Assembly: GCA_001662655.1 (NCBI GenBank)
Contig: KV460278.1
DNA length: 64,000 nt
Source of the DNA: Pseudogymnoascus verrucosus
Taxonomy: Eukaryota
Strand: one strand, 5' to 3'
A program made the position numbers and the translations under genes. Positions within the stretch are counted from its first letter, which is position 1; the number at the start of each line of letters is the position of its first letter. This document shows, one piece after another, positions 1 through 12,542 of the stretch. The notes beneath the pieces were generated by a model. That model was not told the DNA's origin, made no database searches, and worked only from the letters and a program-made list of their open reading frames with translations.

Positions 1-2
1 CG

Positions 3-2783
3 CGCTTCACGATGCTATTCTACGGACTATCCCTCAGTGGTCTCATTTGGCAAAAGGCCCAGGATCCACGCGTACCTGATAAACGTTCGCTTCCCGCTGA
101 AATTGGCGAAGTTCTGAAAGAGCTGACGATGCTGCGAAAGAAGATCGTCGAGTGGCAGGCAATTAACGACGTTAACTACTTGTCCTGGTCGACTCTGTTG
201 GACGCGCAGATAGCAGAATTAGAGGGAGATCATGGGTCCACGATAAGCTTCTACGAGGCATCGCTAGACCATTCTGCCGTCCATGGGTTCATTCTCGAAG
301 AAGCTCTTGGTAATTATCTGTTGGCTGGGTATTTCCTCCGCCGTACCGCTCGCAGATCAGCCAAATCAGCGCTCCGCGAAGCTATGAGCCTTTTTGGACA
401 GATCGGTGCAGTCGGTGTTGTCCAGCATATCGAAACAGAGCACAGCCTGCTTATCCAAGGACCCACGGGTAGCTTGCGAAGGACAGAAGTAGGCACGCAG
501 ACCGATTTTGCGGGTGACTCAGCAACGGTGCAATTCGATACGCTGGAAAACAGCGGAACTGAGGATCGCCTACATCCCACTGGATCCCCTGCGGAAACTA
601 AGGGTGACCGGATTGATGCGTGGCAATTGGGCTCTGCGCATGACGATTCTGGATCTGGGGTGCCAGCATTGGATATGTTGGATCTTAGCTCTATTCTGAA
701 AAGTTCGCAGGTCATATCATCGGTTTTGCAAGTGGACCAACTGCTGAAAACCATGTGCGAAATTATCTTGGACAACTGCGGTGGTCTGGCATCTTTGGCT
801 GCAATTATAGTGGAAGATGATGACCCTTCGGGCTGGAGTATCGCCGCCAGTGGCGATCCCGAGAATGGTGCCGTTGCTCATATGCCTGGACTCCCATTAA
901 TCGAGACGCCACTTGTGGCTTCCAGTGTCATCCTCTACTGCACGAGGTTCCGGGAAACTGTTTTCCTGACTGATCTCACCCATGACGAGAGATTTAGTAA
1001 CGTTGCTGATGACTGGTGGATAAAGAATCCCCTAGGGAAGTCGGTGATTGCGATCCCGATCTCTCACGGCGTCAAACCGCTCCTAGGTGTTCTTTACCTA
1101 GAAGGGCAACCAAACGCCTTCACGGACCGCAATCTTACGGTTTTACAGTTACTAGTCAACCAGATTGGTATCTCCTACTCGAATGCCCTGACCCTGAAGG
1201 CAATCGAAAAGGTCTCTGCTTCGAATATATCAATGGTTGAGTCGCAAAAGCGGGCTCTTGCCAAAGCAAAGGAAGCAGAGATCAAGTCTCGACGAGCCGA
1301 GTCGGAAGCTATCCGGAATGTCAAACTTGCCGAGGAAGCAGCGAAGGCAAAATCTATTTTCCTCGCAAATGTTTCTCACGAGTTGCGAACTCCACTTAAT
1401 GGTGTGATTGGAAATTCTGAGCTTCTCAAGGACTCGGATCTAAGGAAGGAGCAAGCCGAGATGGCCGATTCTATTCGGGTTTCGGCTGACTTGTTGTTAA
1501 CCGTGATCAATGATATACTTGACTTCTCCAAGATGGAAGCCGACAAGATGAAGCTCTTCATTGTAGCCTTCAATGCCGATGAAATGTTACGAGAGGTTGT
1601 CCGATCTGTTTCTTACAGCAACAGAGACAAGAGAAGCACTCGCGAGGTGGAGATATTACAGGATATCAACCTCCCTCAGGCACTCATTTACGGCGACCCC
1701 GTCAGGCTTCACCAAGTTATTGGCAACTTGATTGGCAACAGCTTGAAGTTCACGGAGAGTGGATCTATAACTGTGGGCGCTCGAATGGACAGTGAGTCTG
1801 CGGACGACATACAACTCACATTCTGGGTGAGAGATACTGGTATCGGCATTCCGCCATCACAGCTTGCAAAGCTCTTCAAGCCCTTCAGTCAGGCAGATGC
1901 CAGCACGGCTCGAAAATACGGCGGTAGCGGTTTAGGCCTCAGTATTTGCAAATCATTAATCGAATCAATGATGAAGGGTATGATCAAGCTCGAAAGTACG
2001 GAAGGTGTTGGGACGACCGTTTGGTTCACCGTCACGTTCCCCAAGGCCAATCCGGACGCTACAGCAGGAGACAGCCAGACCGGCTCAGATCAACGCGACC
2101 CTATGTCAAAGTACATGGAACCTGAAGAGCGTCGTTCGCACTTGCCGTATGCGGACTTCAGTGATATATCTCGCGACGACCTGAGGATATGCATCGCGGA
2201 AGATAACCCCATCAATCAGAAGATTGCCATTCAATTCGTGCAGAAACTAGGGTTTAAACACGTCGATGCGTACGATAATGGCCTGGCAGCTGTTGAAGGG
2301 CTACGACAAAAGGCGAGAGAAGGCGTGCCATACCATCTGGTTCTGATGGATGTCCAGATGCCAGTGCTGGATGGTTATGAGGCAACGAAACTTCTACGAA
2401 GAGATCCAAATGATGCGGTTAGAGCGGTTCTGGTGATCGCCATGACTGCATCGGCAATTCAAGGGGATAGGGAAAAGTGTTTGGCGTCTGGTATGAACGA
2501 TTATCTCGCGAAACCAGTGCGCGTGCACATACTGAAGAAGAAGCTCGAACAATATCTTCGTCAGGTAAGATACCCAGGCATTGTCCCAGTCAAACTTGTA
2601 TGCTAATAGAATTCCCAGGATCCCATGCCTCTACCAAATCTCCAAGCAGAAGCCAACAAAGTCACCGCCGAAGTCATGAATGCGCACAGCACATTCGTGC
2701 CTCCTGCTGCAGCGGCACCACCATTGTCTCCCGGCCTCCGCCGACAAAGCCAAAACATGGCAACCCCGTCCGATACGTCTTGA
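3..2783 (+). CDS. Hybrid sensor histidine kinase (GAF-HisKA-HATPase-receiver), 5' end outside the window; resembles the large group X/Chk1-type fungal kinases
   Basis: H-box [16 protein letters not shown]-box [11 protein letters not shown]-boxes DTGIGI and GGSGLGL, receiver IAEDNPIN...[11 protein letters not shown]...KP, with a GAF-like region upstream. Intron 2565-2618 (GTAAGA...GCTAAT...CAG); last exon DPMPLPNLQ...DTS ends at TGA 2781-2783. Confidence 0.93.
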
Positions 2784-3770
2784 GATATGCCGTAAATACA
2801 TACAGTCACCAACAGGAAAATTATACTCGGATAATAGCCACACACCCATGAACTCCACAAGGACCACTAGGTCATTGGGGGACTAGTCAGGACCAGGTTT
2901 GCAGTCGAAATGAATAATGGCGCCATTACTAGTTCAAGTTTGATACCAGCGCTATCAAACCAACATCTACAGTATAGACCAGCCCAGCGTCAGACTGACC
3001 TTCCAACGCCCCACCCAGACAGCCTACAATCTTGGATTCACCAACCATACCGCCTGCTCTTATACATCTACTTTTACACAGACTTTTGCCCCACAAACTT
3101 TTGCACAAGCGCAGGCGTTTAGTTCCCCTTATTTGTTTATTTTATTGCGTTGCAGATTTTTTGGGATGGGGGGCCACGCTCAAACGTGGGGAGATGACAC
3201 CAACGCCGTATTTTTTATATGATGCAAGTATTTTCTTGGTATTTACGAAAGAAAGATACATAAACAACGTCACGGAGAGAGAGGGGAGTGGGGTGGTATA
3301 TAGGAACGAGGGAAGAACGGCACATAGGGGCGAGATTAGGCGTATATAGCAGGGTTTGAGGGTTCGAGGGTTTGATAGGAGATTTGGGGGGGGGATTGCT
3401 GAGATGGAAGGAATAGATATGATATGCTCCAATTTGCAGATCTTTTTTGAGAAATTGGGAGTGAAATGTTCTGTGACTAAATATATGGGGTTCACTTCTT
3501 ATGGAGACGCTTCCGCTTCATTATATATTTTTATTTCATGTAAATAAATCCCATCTACTATTATATGAATGGTCCTAACAGCTGCTGAAATCTACCACCA
3601 TGATTGAGTGAATATCTATACCAAGTCGCCCATTACCCCCCATATATTCTAAACCTACACCTAACTCCAGCCAAGATAATCATAAACCCCACACCCTCCC
3701 AAAGCTGCCAGCAGTATATTCAATCTATTACCCTACCACCCATCCCAAATACAGCCATCTCACCCCCTCT

Positions 3771-5552
3771 CTAAGCCAACCCAGGCGCGACAAAAAGCCT
3801 CTCCCTCTTCAAAAACAAACTCAACACAATCGCCAACGCGCCCGCCGTAATGCAAAGCACATACGCCTTACTCATCGCCTCAATAATCGCATCCAACACC
3901 TTCTGCCTCATCTCCAGCGGCAGCGACTGGACGAACTTACTTCCCACCCCAGCAATCGCGGACTGGATCTGATCACGCGGTACATCGGGCATGAGCTTCG
4001 CGATCCCCTCCTCCGCGCCGTTAAGGAATACCGAGTTCGCGATAGCGATGGAGATAGTGATACCTGTGATCTGCGCACAGGTGATGAAGCCCACCGCACT
4101 CGGGATTTCAGACGGCTTCACGGTGCCCTGAGCGACGGAGAAAGAGGCCTGGCAGAAGACGCCGACGCCGACGCCAAGGAGGACAGAAAAACCGTAGACT
4201 TGGGCGGCGGTGGAGGAGGAGTCAATGGTGTACATGAGGGCTGAGCCGATGACGAAGAGGATGCCGCCGCCGAGGTACCAGGGCATGTAGTACCCGTATT
4301 TGGAGAGGACGGCGCCGTTGACGATGCACCCGAAGACCATGAGGAAGATGTAGGGGAGGATGCGGACGCCGGCTTGGAGGGCGGTGTCGCCTTGGGTGAA
4401 TTGGAAGAAGAGGGGGATCCTGGGTGGGGGTTAGTGGGTGTTCTGGGTGAAAGAGGAGGGGGGGGAGGTGGCTTACATGTAGAGCGGGACAACGATGCCG
4501 GTTGCGGCGGAGGAGGTCTCGGCGAATAGAAGGAGCATGGTTCGGCTTCTGAGGAACTGGACGGGGAAAATGCGTTGTTCGACTGTTGTGAAGATGGCGA
4601 GTTCTTGCTGGACGGCGAAGATGCCGAAGAGGGAGAAGGCGACGACGAAGCAGGCGATGATCTGCCCGCTGTTCCAGGCGTAGAGGATGCCGCCGAATGA
4701 GACGGCCATGATGAAGCTGACGAAAGCGCCCATGAGGATGACGGTTCCGACCCAGTCAAGTTCCTTGAAACGACGGAGAACTGGGACACCCTTGCGCGGG
4801 TCGGACTTGGGGAGCATGAAGAGGTATACTGGCGCGAAGGCACCGCCGATGACTAGGTTGATGTAGAATGCCCATCTCCATCCTGCGGAGGAGTCGGTGA
4901 AAGCGCCGCCGATTATGGGGCCGAGAACCGTGCCGATACCCCAGAGGAGACCAGTAAGACCGACGTACATGGGACGTTCCTGGAGGGAAGTGGTGACGGA
5001 GAGAAGGGTCATGACACCGACGTACATGCCACTTCCACCAACACCGGCAATGACACGACCGATGATGAGAGCGTTCATTGTCGGGGCTGCACCGCATAGG
5101 GCCGAGCCCACCTCAAAGATGACGAGAGAAATCAGATAGGTGATTTTCGCTTCCATTTGTCCATAAACCTTCCCCCATACCAAATTCGTCGAGGCTGAAC
5201 CGATGAGGAAGGCTCCCGTGAGCCAGGGGAGCTTCTGGATATCCCCAAAGTTGGCAATGATGGCCGGCTGGATGTCGGCGACGACGGTGTTGTCGAGGGC
5301 GAAGAGGAAGATGGAGCTCAAAATGGCGACGACAACGAGTCCCCATTTCCAGCCTGTGATGTCTCGTACTGGTGCTGCGGCTTCGACAGCTTCCTGTTTT
5401 TCGTCGGCGACTGGGTCGATGTCGACGTCCGTTACGGACGTCCTCTTGGAGGCATCCTGGTCAATTGGCTTCTCAACGTTGAGATGGACGTCTGGAATCA
5501 CCCCCTTCAAATCCTTAGTGGCAACATAGGTGTCTCCTGAAGTGGTCGACAT
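3771..5552 (-). CDS. MFS drug/toxin efflux transporter (DHA2, 14-TM type)
   Basis: Motifs LFALDNTVVA, GRVIAGVGGSG, GTVLGPIIGG and WRWAFYINL. Intron 4420-4476 joins the two ORFs in frame (YM|IPLFFQF). Confidence 0.93.
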
Positions 5553-6698
5553 GATGTGAGAGTCGACTGGTGGTAGGCGTTAAGGGGTATGCCTCGCTTG
5601 GTGATAATTGCACTGAGAGTCGGAAAACTTATACAGAGAAGACAAGAAAAGAACCCAGATCTAGGGAATCGAAGATAGATATATACATATGAGAAATTCA
5701 CGTACAGCAATAACAGTGGCCCACATAACGAGAGCCTGTGGTTTGAAGAGAAAACCGCTTACTGTACTATATTGGATGACGAGTGGAGAACAACATGATG
5801 CAGACGGGTGTTAGATAAGCTCCGACGTTATCACCATCGGCGAAGAACTCTCAACCGTTCGTGCGAATCCCCTGCCAGCCTAACGCGCCTTACAAGCTAT
5901 GCACGTTGGCGGCAGCGTCTCGGCGGAAGACGGCGGAGGGCACAGAGGGCATACAGTCACGTTGAGTGGAGTATGTAAGCGGCGACGACGATATGAAGTG
6001 GGTTCGGGGGAATGTTCAAGGGAGAAGGACCAGTGAACTTGGAGGATCCTACTAAGTGGAGTATGGGCTGTGAATAGGCTATGTACGGGATTAGCTAGGT
6101 TGAGGGTGAGGATGAGTAGAGGTTCAGAAAAGGGCGTGCCAAGACATAACGAAAGGGAAAAAGTGATAACGTTATGGTGTTGTACGTACTGCATACTGGG
6201 GTTAGTTGATGAGTAAGGCATTAAAGTTACCGGGAAAGGGCTAATAGTTATCCCATTCCTCTTCGATCCTGTCCAATCGACGTCCAGGGATCGTGGGGGA
6301 GGGTACGTACTATCGACAGCGTGGAGAGCATGGATGCCATGGACGAAAGACTCCCCGTGTCTCTAGTCACAATGAGACTAGAGACACGGTGCAATTCTAC
6401 CCCGACTACATCACTCTCATTCTCATTCTCACCCTCACCACTCAACACTCACCACGCCGCATCACTAATCACCCACTCACCACTCACTCACCACTCACAC
6501 TACTCAACACTCATATCTCACCACAAGCCACTGCATCTTACTCAGCGAAGAGTTTGCAAACCTAAAGTCTTAAACCCAACAGTAAATCCGAACAGTAAAG
6601 GTAATCTGGTCTCTATTTTGGGGGATCTGTAACGTTTCAGATGAGACTACATTCTAAACCCGCGCTCTCTGGGTCCGCTCATTAGACACCATCCAAGG

Positions 6699-9259
6699 CT
6701 ACACCGAATACTCATCCACCGTCATCTGCATCAGTAGTGAATCTCTAACCTTCGCGACTTCCTCAAACCATTTCATATCCGTCTGGTGCCCAACCCTGAG
6801 CAGCTCTTGCTCTTCTTCCAGTATCGCATTAACCTTAGCACTCTGTTGGTCGTGCCTTGCCTCTCGCGCCAATTGGTGCATCTTCACCGTCCGTCTTGCC
6901 GCAGCTTTGCGCGCTACATTGATGAGATGCTCAGTGGGCTCCTTGCCTTGTCGCTTAAAGAATTCTGCGTATCTTGCCGTTTCTTCCTTCTCTCTTTTGA
7001 GTTCTACAGAGCTCTTGAGAATGCTGGGCCTTAATTCGTATGCTATTTGTTCGTCAATTGCTTTTGACATATCCATCTTTTTACCGGCTCCATTTATCAT
7101 TTCATCAGTAAGTTCTATGCCGGCTCGTCTGAGCAGTATCAAATATTCGCCCACCATGCCATCCCTTTCCTCCAGAGACAGCGCACGGAAATAATCGTCG
7201 ATCTCAGCTATCTCCTCTTTAGCTTCATCTTCAAGCACCCTGTTCTCCGCCTCGAAGCGATCGAAATTCGCAATCTGCTGGATAGAATGTACAAGGTCCA
7301 TCTCTTCGCGCAGCATCTGTAATTTAGCCTCGAAATCCCGGGAACGGTCCTGCTCAGCCTCCCGCTCGGCCACCACTTTAAATGCCCTCTCTTCCGCAGC
7401 TCTCTGTGCCGGAGTTCTCTCCTCGGCACTGTCCAATAGATTCAAAACCTCTCTAAGTTCGTTGGCATGTTCGGTCTGGTCGGCTCGTACCTCCCTGTCT
7501 AGCGCTGCAAAGGCCGCCTGCCTAATCTGAGCCTGGGACGCTGCGGTTTCTCTCCGCCAGTCGGCGGAAATCAAGTATGCCTCTAGCTCGATCTCGGTAC
7601 ATGTACAAGTCTTCCATTTGAGGCCACACGTGTAACAGAACTGTGCCTTGCAGTGACAGGTCATGTGACTGCACCCCTGAGCATGCTCGACGAGGGCATT
7701 ACATTTGTAGCAGCGGCGCCAGCCTGCATTGAGGGCACAGCGTATAGTCTCTCTCAGGGCGGGGTCATCGGGACATTCCCCATTTGAATGGTAAGGGCCT
7801 CGGCATACCATGCAGGTTTTGTGGCGGCATCGGGCACACCGTGCTAGCATTGAGTGTTTGTCAATTTTATGATGTGGAATCCAGGAACCGCATGAAGGTT
7901 TGGAGCAGTAGACTCGATCTTCGATTGCGATAGAGCGTTCTTCGAGCATGGTTTCGTATCGTGTCTTTAGCTTGCCATGGATGTGGTTCAGAATTGTGGC
8001 TTTTGGGACTTCATTTAGACAACATTTGGGTGGCCATGAGGTCTCTGTTGAAATCGAAGTCCTTGCAAAATATTAGTCTTTAACCTTAGCAGTATCAGTG
8101 GGAGAACTAGAAAAACCTACTCGATGAGAAGGATGAAGCATGGGCTGCAGTAATCATGGCACGTCATATGGACCGTTTCTTTAATGTCAAAATCTTCCAT
8201 ACATGATACACATTCCCTAGTCATTGTCAGCTTGATCCCCCGGAGTTGACAGCAAACATACACCGTCTTTGGAATAGACTCCGAAGTACTTCTGGATAAG
8301 ATACCACGGCTTGATTGGCTCCTTGGCTTAAACACGGTCGCCATATATGGTCGGAGGAGACGAAGACCCCATTTACGTGACGAGGAACTCCCTATATCCG
8401 ATGGTGGGAACCCCACAGATGTGGGAGAACCCTTCGTAGCAGCTGGCAGTCTCGCCGCGGCTGCTGAAGAAGACTCTGTATACGCTGGAGGGCCCCTTCG
8501 GAATACTGACCGACTCCCTTGAAGCGCTTCGCGAGCTGGTGGACTGACCATAGGCGATGCGGGGATTTCAGCTGGTGCTGCTGGTTTCTTTGGAGCCGAT
8601 GTAGATATGTGCCCCTGGGTCTGGAGAGGTGGGGCAATGACATTCGGTTGGCCACCACTGCCATTGCCAAAGCCGTTGCGTGATGAGGTCGGTTGGGAGT
8701 TCTGCATTCAATCAGTACATGTATGGCAAAAAGTTTGCTTCCATAAACTTACAACCATTGGCAGATTCTCCTGGGGTTCTTGCTTGCTTTTCCCCTTCCC
8801 CTTTGACTTGTTTGCCGAAGAACTATCATTTCGTCGGTGCCCAGAGGGATTTCCTACAGTGAGTCCCGAGGTCTCCGCAGCAAGGTCTCCCTGTTCCAAA
8901 TTATGCTCGTCTGCAGCAAGCTGTTGCTGTCGTTGCAGCTTCCCCCCTGTTGCAGTGAATTCCCGTTCCGAGCGCTCCTTCAATATGGAAAGCAGATGCC
9001 GTTCCTGTTGTTGTTGGAAACTATTTTCTACAGCGGCAACTCGTTTTAGTTCCAGGCGGTTCCTCTCTTCTGCGAGTTGTTGTTGCCGTTCTAGGCGAGC
9101 TTCGTATGCAAACAACGCTTGAAGTTGCTCTATGGAACTTTCCAGTATACTTTCGATCTCATGCGAGGTTCCAGGCGGACTGTGTAATAGTTCTGGAGGT
9201 GGAAGAGAGATTTTCCATCTCTGGTCAGGCAAGTTAGCAATTGAGAGATTGTCACTCAT
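6699..9259 (-). CDS. RBR (RING1-IBR-RING2) E3 ubiquitin ligase-like protein with coiled-coil C-terminus
   Basis: RING1 CVSC...CHDYCSPC...WPPKCC, IBR YCSKPSC...CARC...CMVCRGPYH, RING2 RRCYKC...GCSHMTCHCKAQFCYTC. Introns 8702-8752, 8217-8261 and 8062-8120 keep the frame. The N-terminal exon is less certain. Confidence 0.85.
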
Positions 9260-9935
9260 CGTGCTCTCTTCCGTTGTTGCGAATGTTCCAGGGACTGTTT
9301 TGTGTTATATGTAGAGCTGCACACGTTGGGAATCCCTTGTAATGAACAAGTCTGTTAATAAATTGAGACGTGCTCCTGATTTCTAAGGAAAGTTGCTTTG
9401 TGTATGGCAGTAGGAATGACGGATGAGGTGAGTGACAGTGTGGAAAATGTGAGAAGAGTAACGATTGTAGTATTGTTTGTAGTGTTGAAAAGAAAGAAAG
9501 CCAAACATGACAACCAGATGGAACGTAAATTCCTCGTCTGAGAACCCATGTAAATGCGCAGACAAAGGGAGGCAAGGATCGCACGATACTTTCCCAATGT
9601 TGAACAAACGAATACTAGTAGGTCTACATGTCAGGGCAGACAAGACTAGCTATATCACCCCACACGATGAGGCCAGCACCCCATTATTTGCACCACCACC
9701 ATTCATCTGACTAGAGCTATGCACAAGGCAGATCAGGTCGGACATGTACACCATCCTCACCAATATGCTATAGTGTTGTGGCTGAACCGTGACCCTTAAC
9801 ACAGCCAAATCACGGGCAGTTGCTCCGAGACTTGGTATCTAGACATCTTCAGCCTCAAGCACCGCATCGATATATGTATTAGACGATCCGTAAATTGCAC
9901 AACACGTGATTATCTGTTCTCTAAGTCTGATTTGA

Positions 9936-10325
9936 CTTCATTTTTGGGAGTCCGCGCACTTTTGGTATCATCAGCGCGAATCTGCGCAAGATTAATCTCA
10001 TCGAGCTTCTAGATACATCACCACCAAAATCTTGAATATCTTAAGCCTCATTTTCTAAGTCTATACAATTCTGGTTCCATTAGCGCCATATGTACGGAAG
10101 ATTGGTCGCATCTTACTACCTAAATCCTAAATATCTTAAGCTTCATTTTTAAGAACCTGCCCACGTAGGCAATTCTAGCGTATTTAGCATCACTTTCTAA
10201 ATCTGCGCACTTTTAGCTCTAGTAGCGCCAATCTGCGCAAGAATGTTCGCATCGAGGTTGTAAACATCTCACCACCTAGATTTTGAATATTTTGGGCTTC
10301 ACTTTTTAAGAATCCGCCCACGCCA
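9936..10325. repeat. Diverged intergenic tandem array, ~95-110 bp unit, about 3.5 copies
   Basis: Recurring blocks 'agcgc(g/c)aatctgcgcaaga', 'aatatcttaagc.tcatttt' and 'aagaa.c.gcccacg'. Confidence 0.75.
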
Positions 10326-10856
10326 ATTTTCAGAAAACCGTAATTTCAAAGTAATCAAGAATTAAATTTCATTCCTAGTTTTCAGAAACCACATGGCTAC
10401 TAACAGTGACTGTACGCTTCTCCAACCCTCTCGATCACTGTCCCACACTTTTCCCCCCTCAGTTCTTAAAAGGCTGGCGCTATGTAGGGACCCCTGAGAT
10501 AGCTCGGAACCTAAGCCGCTGGGAACATGTCATGACGCGTATGGGGCAGGAGAGCACCCAGATTCTACTAGGCACCCACACGATGAGAAACCACAGTTAG
10601 GCTACCACAGCAGTCGTTCGATTCCCTGGAACTACTGGCAATAGTGGCAAACCAGTGGAGAATGGTGCGTCAACTAGTCAACAGATTTTGCCTCTAATAA
10701 GGCCCTGATCAAAGGGGCACCGCTTATTATTACAGCTACAACGTTGGCACTGGGCCCGCGTATAAATGGGACCATGAGGGAGCAACATGCTGGTCTGGAC
10801 ATAAAGGGGCTGAAGAGGACAAGAAAGGGGTATAATATTGCCCGTATGTGAATTAT

Positions 10857-11972
10857 CTATCTGCCAAAACGCATCTGCGCATTTGCGTAATTATACAAGG
10901 CGCGGAGAAACACTTGGTATCCAACTCCCTGGTTATCCTGCACGTTATAGATCTCGGTGAGGCTGACTTGCCACGGTGGGTAGCCGTCGAGTTCAATTGT
11001 TGGTCCGAACAAAATGAGTAGCTCAGGTCCGCTCATGACACTCTCGGAGAGCTCGGCATCCACCAAGTCGACGGTAATATCCTTGGGTGTAATCTTCGAA
11101 CGTTGAGACATCTCGGTAAGAGTCTTGGTCAAGTCGACAATGGAGTCCTCGCCGTCCTCTTCGGAGATCAAGAGTACTGAGAGTTGACCCAGAGATACCG
11201 GGACATCGGCATCGCTTGGTGGCGTAGTCGGGGACGACTCCATGGATGGAATGTGCGGCGCACGGATAGACAGTGCAGGGTGTTGACGACCGAAATATGA
11301 CGAAAGCTTCCGAGTGACGGCCCTGTGGGTTGTTGGAATGTATCCTTTTAGGACGCCTAAAGGAGTTAGAAACTGGAATGTAGCATGTGATGGCAATACA
11401 TACCTGTCCTCTCGTAGACTGAGAGCATGGGGATTCCAACGCATGCGCACCACGCGCAAACCTCAGCCACTTCATCTAACAGAGTCTCAAGCGCAGCACC
11501 CCCCTTTCCCTCCTCCAGCTTCAGTATCACACTCAAGTGTTCCGGCAATCTCTTCAGCCCCTTCACATCCTTCTGAATGAGCGCTGGCGTCCGGTGATGG
11601 TAGTAGAGGACAGCGAAGGTTCGATCCCTGACAGTATGATATGCTTGTCGAAACCGTATATATATAGAGAAAATAGTGTGTATAATCGCAAACACGAGGA
11701 CATGCAGTTGATGTTTGAGGAACTTCCGCACGCCAATTATCGGTCTCGGCTGGTTACGGAGCGTTCGTTCATCTGAGTCCCCATTGCCCGACTTTGATCG
11801 CGAAGGTGGTTCCGGAAGATATGGCTGGCTTCATGTTAGATCTGGAATTCGCATTGCTGACAGCGTGGCGACTTACGGCTATAAGTTTCTCTCGTTCCGC
11901 CGGCGTTAACAGATTATGGTTGCTTTTAGCATCTTTCCGGTAGATCTTCAGTTCTCTTGTTGCTTGAGACAT
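10857..11972 (-). CDS. NUS1: Dehydrodolichyl diphosphate synthase complex subunit (Nogo-B receptor family)
   Basis: LKRLPEHLSVIL, WCACVGIPMLSVYERTGVLK, PELLILFGP...GYPPWQ and C-terminal RFGR (RxG motif). Introns 11825-11876 and 11357-11403. Confidence 0.92.
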
Positions 11973-12542
11973 CTGGGAGTCTTTGGAATGTCGTCCAAGT
12001 CGAATTAGGCGGCTGGTGGTACAGTTATAATACAGCGCAAGGCCTGGCCGGTCAACGAACTCGAGGTTGCCTCGGATAGAAAGATGACGTCCCCCAAACT
12101 GGATGGCAGCGTCGGTTGCTTGGCGTGCCTATCTTTGCAGGGGGGCGAGTTTGATGACAACGTGTATGTACAGTGTGGCTGAGTGTGGAACCCGGCAGTC
12201 AAGACAGGCGTATACACGGAGGCTGAGGTACGTTGGGCTTCAAACAAAAATAAATCCGAGCCCTGTGATCTTCTTGACTACGCAAGCGTCTATTATTTAT
12301 TGCGGTTGACATCAGCGGTACGTGCCGAGAATTGCTAGGCTGTTTTGGGTTGAGATAGCTCGAGATTGGGGTTCCGCATGGTTTCATGCCCAGGCCATGG
12401 ACGATAGACGATAGACGATAAACACAAATACCAGGAAACAAGTGACCCTTCAGAATCACTGGTGATTCCGAAACCCTGACCAATGCTGAGGGCCGAACAA
12501 CTGCTTGTGGGATCCTGAAGCTTCTGAGCTTCTTCGGGTCCA

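Noticed and set aside
6400..6530. CACT/CACCACT low-complexity run and its overlapping ORFs
   Set aside because: Simple-sequence tract near the RBR gene 3' end; the ORFs are compositional artefacts.
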